A DNA stretch of 64,000 bases from Pedobacter sp. Lineage in GTDB: Bacteria; Desulfobacterota; Desulfuromonadia; Desulfuromonadales; Syntrophotaleaceae. The position numbers and the translations under genes are program-made. Shown in pieces: positions 30,571 to 39,616 of the stretch. The notes beneath the pieces were generated by a model. That model was not told the DNA's origin, searched no databases, and saw nothing but the letters and a program-made list of their open reading frames with translations. Each line of letters starts with the position of its first letter. The stretch's first letter is position 1. The stretch lies in NCBI GenBank assembly GCA_050253415.1, contig JBFWJC010000001.1, forward strand, positions 1,672,679-1,736,678, given 5' to 3'.

Positions 30571-31626
30571 ATGGACAAAGACCAGGCTCAGCGTCGCGCT
30601 GACCGTATCCGTGCCTTCGGGGAAGAACTGGAGGCACTGGAAAAAGAAGATATTCTGGTTCTGGATGAACAGCAGAAGACTTGCCTTGCCCAACATCACC
30701 AGACTCTTCTGTCGCAGTTTTCCTCTTTATACGATGTCGATATCAGCGGTGCCGATAAACAGCTGAGTTGGAGTATGCGCATCGTTTCCTTTCTTGGCGC
30801 CTTGGCGTTGTCTGCGGCGGTTTTCTTTTTCTTTTATCGTTTCTGGGGATTGCTCGGCACCCCGCCTCAGGTTGGAATTTTAGTCGGAGCGCCGATGGTC
30901 GCTGTCGTCGGTGTCGATTTTGCGGCCAGACGTGAAAAAACCCATTATTTCGCCTCTCTTTTCAGTCTTATAGCTTTTACTTCATTTGTTCTTAACCTGT
31001 CCGTTCTAGGCACCATTTTTAATATTACCCCCAGTCAAAACGCCTTCCTGGTGTGGGGTGTTTTCGCCCTTATCCTCGCTTACGCTCTCGGACTTCGGTT
31101 AATGCTGGTTGCTGGCATGACCTGCGTTTTAGGTTACCTGGCAGCAACTGTCGGTACCTGGGGGGGATGTTACTGGCTTTCCTTCGGAGAGCGACCGGAG
31201 AATTTTGTTATCGCCGGTGCATTGCTGGTGGCAGCTGGGTCTTTACCTCATCGTCGCCATGACGATTTCCCGAATCTCTATCGGGGTTATGGTCTGCTCA
31301 CGATCTTTATCGCCATCCTTATTCTGTCAAACTGGGGGCAGGGCAGTTATCTTCCCTGGTCGTCCGGTGTTATCGAAGCGAGCTATCAGGTCCTTGGGTT
31401 TCTCTTGTCCGGAGGCGTCATCGCGCTGGGGATTCGGCGGCAATGGTCGGGGCTGACCAATCTGGGTAGTACTTTTTTCGTGCTTTATCTGTATACCAAG
31501 TTTTTCGACTGGTGGTGGGACTGGATGCCTAAGTATTTGTTCTTTTTCGTCCTCGGCCTTTGCGCGATTCTGATTTTGCTGGTACTCAAGCGGTTGCGGG
31601 CTGCCGCCCGAGGAGGTATGGCATGA
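30571..31626 (+). CDS. DUF2157-type multi-pass membrane protein
   Basis: About 10 hydrophobic segments; AQRRADRIRAF N-terminus and KFFDWWWDWMPKYLFF C-terminus; GGAGG RBS. Confidence 0.75.
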   Translation: MDKDQAQRRADRIRAFGEELEALEKEDILVLDEQQKTCLAQHHQTLLSQFSSLYDVDISGADKQLSWSMRIVSFLGALALSAAVFFFFYRFWGLLGTPPQVGILVGAPMVAVVGVDFAARREKTHYFASLFSLIAFTSFVLNLSVLGTIFNITPSQNAFLVWGVFALILAYALGLRLMLVAGMTCVLGYLAATVGTWGGCYWLSFGERPENFVIAGALLVAAGSLPHRRHDDFPNLYRGYGLLTIFIAILILSNWGQGSYLPWSSGVIEASYQVLGFLLSGGVIALGIRRQWSGLTNLGSTFFVLYLYTKFFDWWWDWMPKYLFFFVLGLCAILILLVLKRLRAAARGGMA

Positions 31627-32489
31627 ACCGTCGATATCTGTATGCCGCCCTTGGTTTGCTGCTATTGGTCAATGCTGTGGTGCTTGTCGGTGTAGCTCGC
31701 AATCGTAGCGGCGTTCCCGACGCCAGCCTTACGCTTAGCGAACGCGAACTGCCCCTATCCTGGGATTTCAGGGATCGGGAGAATACCGGCGTCTCCCTGC
31801 AGCTTAATGTCAATTTCGATAACGAGGAACAGCAATGGTTCAATGAAAGTAAATTGGCGGAACTCGGTTTTGATACCCGCCATGACAGGGAAGAGGAACT
31901 GGGATACACCAAGCGGGTCTTGCCAAAAAAAGCGTTTGTGGTGCTGGAATATGAGGGGGAGGCATGGCAGCGGTATCGGCAGCGTCAGCTCGATGAGATT
32001 GCGGCAATACCCCTGAAAGTCGCGCAGGGTAAACTGGAGTCTGAAGACGCAGAAAGACAGATCAAAGAAAAGCGTTTTCAACTGTCGGTAGTGTCGCGCC
32101 TTTTCAGTGTGGACGCCGGATTGGATCCCGGGGTTTTTCGCGACAAATACCCCGACAGAGCCCGTTACATCATTGTTCCTGCTCAGGTTCGCATGCACAT
32201 TGACAGGCGCCCCAAATCATCAGGCCAGGGAGGTGGGATTGTTTCGGGCCGTGTACAGCGGATCCTGGTCAATCAGGTGCACGTGCCACGTATCTTTCAT
32301 CGACAGTTACAGACGTTGCCTCAAAAAGCGCGCATTCAGCCAGGATATACTTATTACAATCCTGAAGATCCGGCGCAAATTCGTTATCATGTACAGATTG
32401 CCTTTGGTCAGCGACTGGAACCATGGATAACGGAGATTAAAGTGCTTGACGCTCAAGATTTGCATGATGCGGGCTTAAAAGGGTTGTGA
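31623..32489 (+). CDS. DUF4824-like membrane-anchored protein
   Basis: ATGA overlap with the upstream gene; NAVVLVGVARNRSG...LTLSEREL...KLAELGFD...SRLFSVDAG...FGQRLEPWI. Confidence 0.7.
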   Translation: MNRRYLYAALGLLLLVNAVVLVGVARNRSGVPDASLTLSERELPLSWDFRDRENTGVSLQLNVNFDNEEQQWFNESKLAELGFDTRHDREEELGYTKRVLPKKAFVVLEYEGEAWQRYRQRQLDEIAAIPLKVAQGKLESEDAERQIKEKRFQLSVVSRLFSVDAGLDPGVFRDKYPDRARYIIVPAQVRMHIDRRPKSSGQGGGIVSGRVQRILVNQVHVPRIFHRQLQTLPQKARIQPGYTYYNPEDPAQIRYHVQIAFGQRLEPWITEIKVLDAQDLHDAGLKGL

Positions 32490-32522
32490 CCCTCGTCGGA
32501 ATAGGATTGTTTGATGAAAAAT

Positions 32523-32590
32523 GGGGCTGGTTACTATAGCAACCAGCCCCTTCTGTATCGTATCTATCGGGTTAACCGGCTGGTTAACCC
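32523..32590. terminator. Two adjacent hairpins between convergent genes
   Basis: GGGGCTGGTT...AACCAGCCCC and GGGTTAACC...GGTTAACCC followed by TTTT. Confidence 0.6.
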
Positions 32591-32602
32591 TTTTGATAAC
32601 AG

Positions 32603-33541
32603 TTATTTCATACGGGCAGGAATAACACCTGCTTCATCAGAGATAATGATTTCCACCCGGCGGTTCATCTGACGGCCGGCTGTGGTGGCATTTGTGGCCA
32701 CCGGGAATTCCTCGCCATAACCGCGGAAATCGATGCGGGAAGCCTCAATGCCTTTGTCGAGAAGGGCTTTGCGTACCGAAAGAGCACGGCGTTCGGATAA
32801 TCCCTGATTATACTCGGCGGTACCGGTGCTGTCGGTGAACCCTTCAATCATCACCTTGCGGGTCGGATATTCCTCCAAAAAGGCAGCCAGTTTTTCAACA
32901 GTCAAAAAACCACCTGGTTTCAGTTCGGCCTTATTGACGTCGAACACGACATCGCCGAGTGTCATAACCAGACCACGGTCCGCCTTTACCGCTTGCAGCT
33001 CCGCGATTTCCTGCTCAAGTTTGGCATTTTTTTCTTGGGCTGCAGCGGCTTCAGCCATCGCTTTTATCGCTGCGGCTTTTTCAGCGGAAGCTTCCTGCTG
33101 AGCTTTCAATGCGGCAGCTTTCTCCATTGTCGCCTGTTTTTGGGCAAGGTTCGCTTCGGCGGCACGGGCCTCAAGGAGTACCTTGTTGCGTTCGGCGCTA
33201 GCCTGCTCTATGGCGGCTTCTGCTATCTTCTGGTTGCCGATTTCCTGAGCAATGGCCGAGTGCTGTTTGGCTAGGTAGGCTTGATGTTCTACAACGTCCA
33301 AGTCTCCTTTTTGCTGAAATGTTTCTTCAGCTTTGGTCAGGGCCATTTCGGCTTTCTTTAGCTCCAGAGGAGCATTGCGTATCACCGTCGGGTTCGCCTG
33401 CGCTGCTTGGTAAGCCGCCTTTGCTTCATCCAAAGCGGCATTGCTTGCCATCTTTTGTGCACAGCCCGATAGTGCCATTGCCGCTATCATGATACTGGCA
33501 ATTCCTGCTAAAGATTTGAATCTACGCTTGTTTATGGACAT
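32603..33541 (-). CDS. OmpA-family lipoprotein with N-terminal DUF4398-like helical domain
   Basis: Lipobox LSGC; LGDVVFDVNKAEL, IEGFTDSTG...NQGLSERRA, NRRVEI peptidoglycan-binding motifs. Confidence 0.9.
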   Translation of the reverse strand: MSINKRRFKSLAGIASIMIAAMALSGCAQKMASNAALDEAKAAYQAAQANPTVIRNAPLELKKAEMALTKAEETFQQKGDLDVVEHQAYLAKQHSAIAQEIGNQKIAEAAIEQASAERNKVLLEARAAEANLAQKQATMEKAAALKAQQEASAEKAAAIKAMAEAAAAQEKNAKLEQEIAELQAVKADRGLVMTLGDVVFDVNKAELKPGGFLTVEKLAAFLEEYPTRKVMIEGFTDSTGTAEYNQGLSERRALSVRKALLDKGIEASRIDFRGYGEEFPVATNATTAGRQMNRRVEIIISDEAGVIPARMK

Positions 33542-33571
33542 GGTTGCCTCCTGATTATTGTGTAATGACAG

Positions 33572-33949
33572 TTATTGGGGAAGCTTACGTTGTATTTCTT
33601 CACGCAGCAGGTCGATGCCTTGTTGCAGGGAATCCACGGCTTTCAGGGACTTTGTGGTCCGCGATTTTGCTTCTGCAAGCTGTGCATCGATTTCGGCTTG
33701 CTCCAAAAGACGTTCTGCTTTCACGTAGTCTTTTGCCTGCATGGCTGTTTTGGCCTGATCAACCTTATCCTGCGCTGATGTCAGTTCCAAAGGAGCATAC
33801 TCATAAGCACCGGAGGCTGTAGCTTTGTCCACCGCTGATTGGGCGAGGGCCATCTGGCTTGTGGGAGGTTGCATAGACGGAGCACAGCCCGTCAGAGCCA
33901 GAAGGCCCAAGCTGAGAATAATGGTCTTTTTGTTGGTGCTTGCCTTCAT
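33572..33949 (-). CDS. DUF4398 family lipoprotein
   Basis: Lipobox LTGC; AYEYAPLELTSAQDK...AEIDAQLAEAK; GGAGG RBS. Confidence 0.8.
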   Translation of the reverse strand: MKASTNKKTIILSLGLLALTGCAPSMQPPTSQMALAQSAVDKATASGAYEYAPLELTSAQDKVDQAKTAMQAKDYVKAERLLEQAEIDAQLAEAKSRTTKSLKAVDSLQQGIDLLREEIQRKLPQ

Positions 33950-34428
33950 GTTTTCCTCCATCAAATTGGGTTGGTTTAGACCCTGCTCCGGTAGTGTGAC
34001 CGATCGTATAACCTTTTCGGAGCAGAGAAAGTCGTCGTTTGCCTAAAGAGAAATCTCTTACTTGGAGCAAGGTTGGCAGACTATTATTTGAATACACTGC
34101 ATTAACACTATCATCGGAAAGGTATTTTTCAAGTAAGACTAAACGGTCTGCTGTTTTTTACTTTTTTATCTTTATTATAAATTAACTCATGATTTCAGTA
34201 TCTTGAACGATTACTTCCGAAAAAGTCACTGTTTTTGGTCGTATCGCTGACTGCAGAAGTCTTCAATGAGAATAATTTTTAAGCTTCAGTATTGTATTTT
34301 TTTAAAGGGGAGGTGAAGAGGTCGGGCCAACATTGAGAATTGGACGAAATTGAGCAGGGGGTGTCCTTGCGACACTAAGGATATAGGGTGCGAGGTAGGG
34401 GGTAAAAACAATGCAAAGTGAGACAGGT

Positions 34429-34477
34429 CACAAACCGAAGCCCCCGGGATCATTGATCCCGGGGGCTTCGGTTTGTG
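34429..34477. terminator. Perfect 24-bp inverted repeat directly downstream of the MCP gene
   Basis: CACAAACCGAAGCCCCCGGGATCA-t-TGATCCCGGGGGCTTCGGTTTGTG. Confidence 0.7.
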
Positions 34478-34481
34478 TAAA

Positions 34482-36740
34482 TCAGTACTTGCCGAATTCT
34501 CCATCATCCAGGGCGATGATTTCGCTGGGGTCCTGTATGTTCGATTCGAAACTCTCGGCGTGGTGGGATGGCTGCGATCCCCTCCTGGCAAATCCCGGGG
34601 CCAGGGACGGATGGGCCAGTTGCCGTGTTCGATTTAAGTTGTTAGGTGCCGTGAAAGCTTGCGATTCGGAACTTCGACAAGCTAACTGTGCTGTTTTGCC
34701 ACTCTGGTTTCCAAGTTTAAAGCGGGAGAGCATCTTCCTGAGTTGCTCGGCCTGACCGGAGAGTTCTTCGGCAGCAGCGGCGCTTTCCTCAGCGCTGGCG
34801 GTGTTTTGCTGGGTCACTTGGTCAATCTGACCAAGCCCTTGATTTACTTGCCCGATGCCATGGGATTGTTCGTTGCTGGCCGCAGCGATTTCACTGACCA
34901 AGCTGTTTGCCTTGATAACTCCGTCGACGATTTCTTGAAGGGCTTTTTCGGTTTCGGCCGCAATTTGCGAACCGTTTTCAACTTTTTTTACCGATCCTTC
35001 GATCAGTTCAGCGGTTTCCTTTGCGGCCTGAGCGCTGCGGGCCGCCAGGTTGCGGACCTCTTCGGCAACCACCGCAAAGCCTTTGCCGTGTTGACCGGCC
35101 CGGGCGGCTTCAACAGCGGCATTCAATGCCAAAAGATTGGTTTGAAATGCAATCTCGTCGATGACCTTGATGATTTTGGAGATATTCATGCTGGAATCGT
35201 TGATTTCCGCCATGGCGGCAACCATTTCCTGCATGCGCTGATTGCCCTTTTCTGCAGAAGTTCTGGACTGATTAACCAGTATGTTGGCTTGTTCGGCATT
35301 CTCGGCATTGAGTTTCGTCTGGCTTGCCATTTCAACCATGGAGGCGGAAATCTGTTCCAGAGATGCGGCGGATTCGGTGGACCCCTGCGACAGGCTTTGG
35401 CTGGCATCGGCGACCTGCATGGATCCGCTTGCAATCTGTTCGCCGGCTGTTTGAATCTCCATGATGAGGTTGCCCAGGTCGGTGCCAAGTTTTTTAAGAG
35501 CTCCGCGCACGCTGTCTCTATCGTCTCTGGGGACCACTTTAAAGGTCAAATCACCGGCTGCAAGTTTTTGCAGGGAACCGATCATCTCTCTTTGCAGACT
35601 GTCGGCAAAGGCATCCATGGTCCGACCCATTTGGCCAATTTCATCGCCGCGATCCAGGTTAAGGCGCATATCGATATGCCCCTTTTCCATTTCTTCGATC
35701 ATTTGGCAGCTTTTTTTAAGGGGATTGATAATGCCTCGTGCGATGATAATGGCAAAGAAAATCCCCAAAGGCAAAGCCACTATCGCCAGCGTGATCGTGC
35801 CCAATTTCATGGCATTGGCCGCTGTGAGCATTTCCTCATCGGTCATGATGTGTTTGCTGCCGGTATCGACGGTTTCTTTGATAAGTTCTTGAACCTGATG
35901 CAGATTGGGGATCGTTTGCGATGCGTAAATGGTGTTGGCCTGGTTCATGCCGGTTACCATCTCATCCGCTCGTTGTTTCAACTGCTTTAACACAGCCTGA
36001 GTGGCGGCCAGGGCGGGGAGGGTTTTGTTCTTGAATATCGCATAAGCCTGCGCTTTGTTTTTCAATTGTTGACCAATTTCAAAGGCAGACTGGTGCAGTT
36101 GCTCATGAGGCTGTGCAATCTCTTTGAACAATCGCCCAAGTTCAGGGTCGGATGCGGCTGCCTGCTGGGCTTTTGGTCCGTCAAGGAATTTTCCCAAGCC
36201 ACATTGGTGGGGGTCGGTCTGGACGTCGAGTATAGCGCGGTTTTCTGCAAAAACGGCCATGACCTGATTGGCCCAAGCAAGGTGGTCGGTCTCTTTTTCA
36301 GCAAGAAACTTCGGCAGAGTGACATCGGCCTGGCGAAAGACCTTTGCGATGTTGACTGCGGATTCGTGCAGCTTGCGATGAGGATCTTCGATGCGCGTCA
36401 GCACCCCCTGCAGCGCTGGGACCAGTTCCTCGGCTCTTTTACGGCCTTCGCCGTAATACCATTTGCCGAACGCGCATTTATGCGGATCGGTTTCGACGGT
36501 CAATTCGGTAACATGGTCATCCGTCAGCAGGGCGTTGACATTAGCCGCCCAGTTCAGATGATCGACTTCGCGCTGGATCATCTCCGCCCTTAGCGCGTTG
36601 CCGTCGATTACTTCCTCGGCATTCGAAACAATATGGGTGACCCCCAGAATGGCCCATCCCGCAATGACGGACAGCAGTAGCAGGACGACCCCGAATCCGA
36701 GCGCGAATTTACCGGTTAAGCTGATGTTCTTCCAGGTCAT
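34482..36740 (-). CDS. Methyl-accepting chemotaxis protein with two CZB (zinc-binding) domains
   Basis: DHLNW...[11 protein letters not shown]...PHRKLH and DHLAW...[11 protein letters not shown]...PHEQLH between TM1 and TM2; [24 protein letters not shown]. Confidence 0.92.
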   Translation of the reverse strand: MTWKNISLTGKFALGFGVVLLLLSVIAGWAILGVTHIVSNAEEVIDGNALRAEMIQREVDHLNWAANVNALLTDDHVTELTVETDPHKCAFGKWYYGEGRKRAEELVPALQGVLTRIEDPHRKLHESAVNIAKVFRQADVTLPKFLAEKETDHLAWANQVMAVFAENRAILDVQTDPHQCGLGKFLDGPKAQQAAASDPELGRLFKEIAQPHEQLHQSAFEIGQQLKNKAQAYAIFKNKTLPALAATQAVLKQLKQRADEMVTGMNQANTIYASQTIPNLHQVQELIKETVDTGSKHIMTDEEMLTAANAMKLGTITLAIVALPLGIFFAIIIARGIINPLKKSCQMIEEMEKGHIDMRLNLDRGDEIGQMGRTMDAFADSLQREMIGSLQKLAAGDLTFKVVPRDDRDSVRGALKKLGTDLGNLIMEIQTAGEQIASGSMQVADASQSLSQGSTESAASLEQISASMVEMASQTKLNAENAEQANILVNQSRTSAEKGNQRMQEMVAAMAEINDSSMNISKIIKVIDEIAFQTNLLALNAAVEAARAGQHGKGFAVVAEEVRNLAARSAQAAKETAELIEGSVKKVENGSQIAAETEKALQEIVDGVIKANSLVSEIAAASNEQSHGIGQVNQGLGQIDQVTQQNTASAEESAAAAEELSGQAEQLRKMLSRFKLGNQSGKTAQLACRSSESQAFTAPNNLNRTRQLAHPSLAPGFARRGSQPSHHAESFESNIQDPSEIIALDDGEFGKY

Positions 36741-36976
36741 GACTTTCTCCTCCAAAGAGATGTCAGGGTTGATTCGTTTGTCTACGGTGTGCGGATCGAA
36801 ATATCCTATGGATTCTTTGTTCGACCTAATAGTGTTTTATCTTTATGGTGATATGTTTCTTTTTATAAATTATTTTTTAAAAGTTAATGTAAAAAAAGCC
36901 ACTTACGCTGTCTGTGTAGTTATCTATCGACCGGTATGCATGAATCGAACCATGATGATTAATTTTTAATGGTTTT

Positions 36977-37001
36977 TAAAATAGAATAATATTCTATTTT
37001 A
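36977..37001. promoter_or_regulatory. Perfect AT-rich palindrome (candidate repressor site)
   Basis: TAAAATAGAATA-A-TATTCTATTTTA in the divergent intergenic region between the MCP and yhdH-like genes. Confidence 0.45.
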
Positions 37002-37251
37002 TTTTCGGTTACTTGCAATGTTGGATAATTAAATTTTTATGGAAAAACAGGCTCTCACGGACTAATGCTCCGTTGGCTTAATGCCTTTGAACACTTTTTT
37101 GACAGGTTCGGCTTCGTTGGGAGCATTTTGGGCAGGCTCGTTATTCCGCGATGCTTATGAAATTTAGGCCCAATCGCGCGTTTTTGAAGATCGGATCCAC
37201 GCCGTTGCACCGTTACCGGTATAATGGAGATGCTTTCTAAGGAGGATCGTT

Positions 37252-38244
37252 ATGACTACCAAGGTTTATAAAGCTCTGATAGTGGAAGAAAGGGACCAGG
37301 TATATGTTCGCTCTGTTAAAACCAGAGCCATGGATCAGTTGCCAGACGGAGAGTTGTTGATTCGGGTTGCCTATTCTTCTTTAAATTACAAAGATGCCCT
37401 GTCGGCTATAGGGAACAAGGGGGTTACGCGAAAATATCCGCATACACCAGGTATTGACGCCGCTGGCATTATCGAACATTCCGATACTCAGGAATTTATA
37501 AAAGGTGATGAAGTTATCGTAACGGGTTACGATTTGGGGATGAATACTGACGGTGGTTTTGGCCAGTATGTTCGCGTCCCGGCAACCTGGGCGGTCAAGT
37601 TACCACCGGGGCTGACCTTGAAACAGGCCATGGTTTATGGAACAGCAGGGTTTACGGCAGGGATCAGCGTGACAAAACTTTGCGAATATGTATCGCCCGA
37701 TGCAGGTGAAATCGTCGTTTCAGGCGCCACTGGCGGGGTTGGCTCTCTGAGTGTCGCCATACTTGCCAAGCTTGGATACCGGGTGGTGGCTGTAACGGGT
37801 AAGTCGGCGGATCATCCATTTTTAAGACAACTCGGTGCTTCTCGTATCCTGTCTCGAGAAGCGCTTCAGGATCCAGGCAAAAAGCCTTTACTGCAAGCAC
37901 AATGGGCCGGAGGCATAGATACGGTTGGCGGTACGATGCTTGAAAACATTATTAAATCGACCCGTCCTCTGGGGGTTGTCACCTGTTGCGGCAATGTAGC
38001 TTCACCCGATTTAAATCTGACGGTCTACCCGTTTATTCTGCGAGGCATATCGTTGGTCGGTATCGACTCGCAAAACTATCCGATGCCATCAAGGATAAAC
38101 TTATGGAAAAAACTTGCCAATGAATGGAAGCCGGAAGTGCTGGAAAGACTTTATACCGAGATAAGTTTGGAAGAACTCGATGATTGCATCGCACAAATGC
38201 TGGCGGGTAGGTCGAAAGGCAGAAAAGTGGTTAATCTGCAGTAA
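37252..38244 (+). CDS. YhdH/YhfP (AcuI-like) MDR-family oxidoreductase
   Basis: YSSLNYKDAL, PGIDAAG, GTAGFTA, SGATGGVGS, PFILRGISLVGIDS. Confidence 0.9.
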   Translation: MTTKVYKALIVEERDQVYVRSVKTRAMDQLPDGELLIRVAYSSLNYKDALSAIGNKGVTRKYPHTPGIDAAGIIEHSDTQEFIKGDEVIVTGYDLGMNTDGGFGQYVRVPATWAVKLPPGLTLKQAMVYGTAGFTAGISVTKLCEYVSPDAGEIVVSGATGGVGSLSVAILAKLGYRVVAVTGKSADHPFLRQLGASRILSREALQDPGKKPLLQAQWAGGIDTVGGTMLENIIKSTRPLGVVTCCGNVASPDLNLTVYPFILRGISLVGIDSQNYPMPSRINLWKKLANEWKPEVLERLYTEISLEELDDCIAQMLAGRSKGRKVVNLQ

Positions 38245-38309
38245 GGCTGATTTTCAGGATGGCAGTGGTGCCGGCCCCAGACTGAATTGAAATCATCGTG
38301 TGTTATTTA

Positions 38310-38741
38310 TTATCCGGGCAGGGTAATGACCCGAAAGCGGTCATCCAGATGTCGTTCCAGAAGAGGGCGGACTTCCTTCCAGGAGAGCCCTCCTCCGCCA
38401 CAACCGGGCCGCGGCAGGATTACCAGCGGCCAGTTGTTGCGGTCAGTCAATACTTTAAGTTGGAGGCAGGATCTTTCGATCATACGCAGATCGGGTACTT
38501 CAAAAGGGGTGTTCTCCACAGGAAAAGTTACGATGCCGTTGCCGAGGTCGAAAACCTGATTCCCGTGGCGGCGGATCAACTCCCCCAACTGGGCAGGCAA
38601 CTCCGGGAAACGCTGTCTGGCCTGACTGGCGCAGCCGCGCGGCATGGAGCAGTTGCCTTTTGAACTCACCTGTCCGCCCGTTGTGATGGCGATAATCGCG
38701 TCACCATACCAGGACCAGAGATCTCCAACAATCTCCTGCAT
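38310..38741 (-). CDS. Macro-domain-like (ADP-ribose-binding) protein
   Basis: IVGDLW...AITTGG...MPRGCASQARQRFP...IVTFPV...LPRPGCGGGGLSW. Confidence 0.75.
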   Translation of the reverse strand: MQEIVGDLWSWYGDAIIAITTGGQVSSKGNCSMPRGCASQARQRFPELPAQLGELIRRHGNQVFDLGNGIVTFPVENTPFEVPDLRMIERSCLQLKVLTDRNNWPLVILPRPGCGGGGLSWKEVRPLLERHLDDRFRVITLPG

Positions 38742-38743
38742 GC

Positions 38744-39043
38744 TTACCAGTCCTCACGCAGCACTTCGCGTATCGATCCGAGCAGGTAATCATAGACCTC
38801 ATCGCGACGCGTCAAAAAACCGGGCACGCCACGATTGAGAATCTCTTCGAGCTCGCGCAGGACGTGCTCATCATTGGTTCCCAGAGTGTTCATCACGACT
38901 TCAAACATGGGCAAGACTTCATAAAGGTTGTTGGCATCAAAGGGATGCGCGTCCGGGGCACCGGTAAATTGAGGCAGTTCCCGGGTTTCTTTTTTACGTG
39001 CATACCTGTACCATAAATCCGAAGGTTTGATGCTTACGTCCAT
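38744..39043 (-). CDS. Hypothetical protein
   Basis: ORF with GGAG RBS, 2 bp from the macro-domain gene; PFDANNLYEVLPM segment. Confidence 0.65.
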   Translation of the reverse strand: MDVSIKPSDLWYRYARKKETRELPQFTGAPDAHPFDANNLYEVLPMFEVVMNTLGTNDEHVLRELEEILNRGVPGFLTRRDEVYDYLLGSIREVLREDW

Positions 39044-39082
39044 AGCGATCTCCATGATTGTATTGCTTAAAACTTAGGCAAA

Positions 39083-39337
39083 TTAGTGGCATCCGCCGCA
39101 TCCGCCGCCATGGCCACCATGACCGCAGGCCGGCTTACAGGGTGCCGAGCCAACACCGGTTGTCTCCGATTTAAGAGCCACAAGGCTAGCCGCCTCAACG
39201 TACCACTTGCCTTCGATTTCCTGACCGGCCAATTGTCCGCGTTTGATGTAAAGCAGCACATTCAGCGGGGTTGTACCGAGATCTCGGGCAACTTCTTCGG
39301 CACTCAGCAGGTTTTTTTCCGGGGATGTTTCGCACAT
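39083..39337 (-). CDS. Small excisionase-like HTH protein with Cys/His/Gly-rich tail
   Basis: LLSAEEVARDLGTT...YIKRGQLAG...GKWYV; ends CKPACGHGGHGGGCGGCH; AAGGAG RBS. Confidence 0.7.
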   Translation of the reverse strand: MCETSPEKNLLSAEEVARDLGTTPLNVLLYIKRGQLAGQEIEGKWYVEAASLVALKSETTGVGSAPCKPACGHGGHGGGCGGCH

Positions 39338-39616
39338 AATCTGGCTCCTTTGTTAGTTGTTTCTTAACTAGGCCGTTGAGGTATTTAGCTTGATAATAGT
39401 GATTCGCCATTATTTGCATAGCCGTTGTCGTATAGTTATTGCAGACATCGAGCCAGAACACCGAATGGCAGCGACGCTGTCGGTTCCGCAACCTGTTCCT
39501 GTAGAAGAAATGCAGCGAATCTAACCGACGGTCTGGGTTTTTATGTTAAAAATTTTGTCGGGTACTGCAGGTTTGTAGTCGAAATCTTGCCACCTGTTAC
39601 GTGGGAGAGAAGACGG

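Noticed and set aside
33965..34050. Possible c-di-GMP-I riboswitch upstream of the DUF4398/OmpA genes (GGCAAAC...GGGTCTAA)
   Set aside because: Lacks the GNRA-capped P2 stem and the GACGCAAA junction; only a simple CTGCTCCG/CGGAGCAG stem is present.
34743..35990. 415-aa ORF antisense to the CZB chemoreceptor
   Set aside because: Typical shadow of a repetitive coiled-coil gene.
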